64,000 bases of DNA. Source: Malacoraja senta. Its lineage: Eukaryota. Both the position numbers and the translations under genes were made by a program. The first letter of the stretch is position 1. Each line of letters starts with the position of its first letter. The stretch covers positions 9,054,001 to 9,118,000 of the forward strand of contig CM075989.1 in assembly GCA_038087875.1 (NCBI GenBank). Reading direction: 5' to 3'. This document shows, piece after piece, positions 63,430-64,000 of this stretch. The notes below the pieces were generated by a model. That model was given only the letters and a program-made list of their open reading frames with translations, was not told the origin of the DNA and ran no database searches.

Positions 63430-63941
63430 CATACAGAGGGTTCACCTGAATCTCCTCCAACCTCATCTATTGCATCCGCTGCTCTAGATGCCAGCTGATC
63501 TACATCGGTGAGACCAAGCGGAGGCTTGGCGATCGTTTCGCCGAACACCTCCGGTTGGTCCGCAATAACCAACCTGACCTCCCGGTGGCTCAGCACTTCA
63601 ACTCCCCCTCCCATTCCGTATCTGACCTCTCTGTCCTGGGTCTCCTCCATGGCCACAGCGAGCAACACCGTAAATTGGAGGAAATGCACCTCATATTCCG
63701 CTTAGGCAGTCTACATCCTGGGGGCTTGAACATTGAATTCTCCCAATTCTGCTAGCCCTTGCTGTCCCCTCCCCTTCATCAGCCATCTGGTTGTCTCCTC
63801 CCCTCCCCCAGCCCTCGGGCTCCTCCTCCGCATTTTTCCTTTTTTCCTTTCTTCTCCCCCCCCCTATCAGTCTGAAGAAGGGTTTCGGCCCGAAACGTTA
63901 CCCATTTCCTTCGCTCCCTGAGTTTCTCCAGCATTTTTGTG
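63430..63941 (+). mobile_element. Penelope-like element 3' part with 15-bp TSD
   Basis: NLIYCIRCSRCQLIYIGETKRRLGDRFAEH..GLNIEFSQF; TSD tatatccatcacagg at 63415-63429 and 63942-63956. Confidence 0.9.
63870..63902 (+). ncRNA. Minimal hammerhead-ribozyme-like core in a Penelope terminal module (representative copy)
   Basis: CUGAAGA-A-GGGU(UUCG)GCCC-GAAA-CGUUA; the same core recurs in about a dozen copies on both strands. Confidence 0.55.
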
Positions 63942-64000
63942 TATATCCATCACAGGGCTCTCCTGACCCTCCAGAACCACTTTTTTTCCATTCATTTTTC

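Overview
Eukaryotic, repeat-dense vertebrate DNA. The V-SINE, Deu-type SINE, CR1 and Penelope repertoire points to a cartilaginous fish, probably a skate or ray (inference). The only supported host gene is a + strand collagen-binding alphaI-domain integrin. Nine frame-compatible GT-AG coding exons (9051-60384, 1097 nt, equivalent to exons 2-10) encode the end of the signal peptide, the first beta-propeller blades and a complete I domain with an intact MIDAS. The sequence is most like ITGA11, but three exon lengths follow the ITGA10 pattern as I recall the human genes. Exon 1 and exons 11 onward were not found in the window. The introns (intron 2 is about 29.6 kb) are a mosaic of V-SINEs, CR1, L2 and Rex1/Babar LINE fragments, Neptune-type Penelope-like elements, PIF/Harbinger-like and hAT/P-like MITEs, a probable solo LTR and compound TG microsatellites. 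The most notable observations are: ~220-bp hairpin elements built from two inverted Penelope termini, flanked by target-site duplications and carrying minimal hammerhead-ribozyme-like cores; the ITGA10/ITGA11 mosaic character of the gene; and a locally templated copy of the exon 8 donor region. No databases were searched, so family names rest on recognised motifs and most repeat boundaries are approximate.
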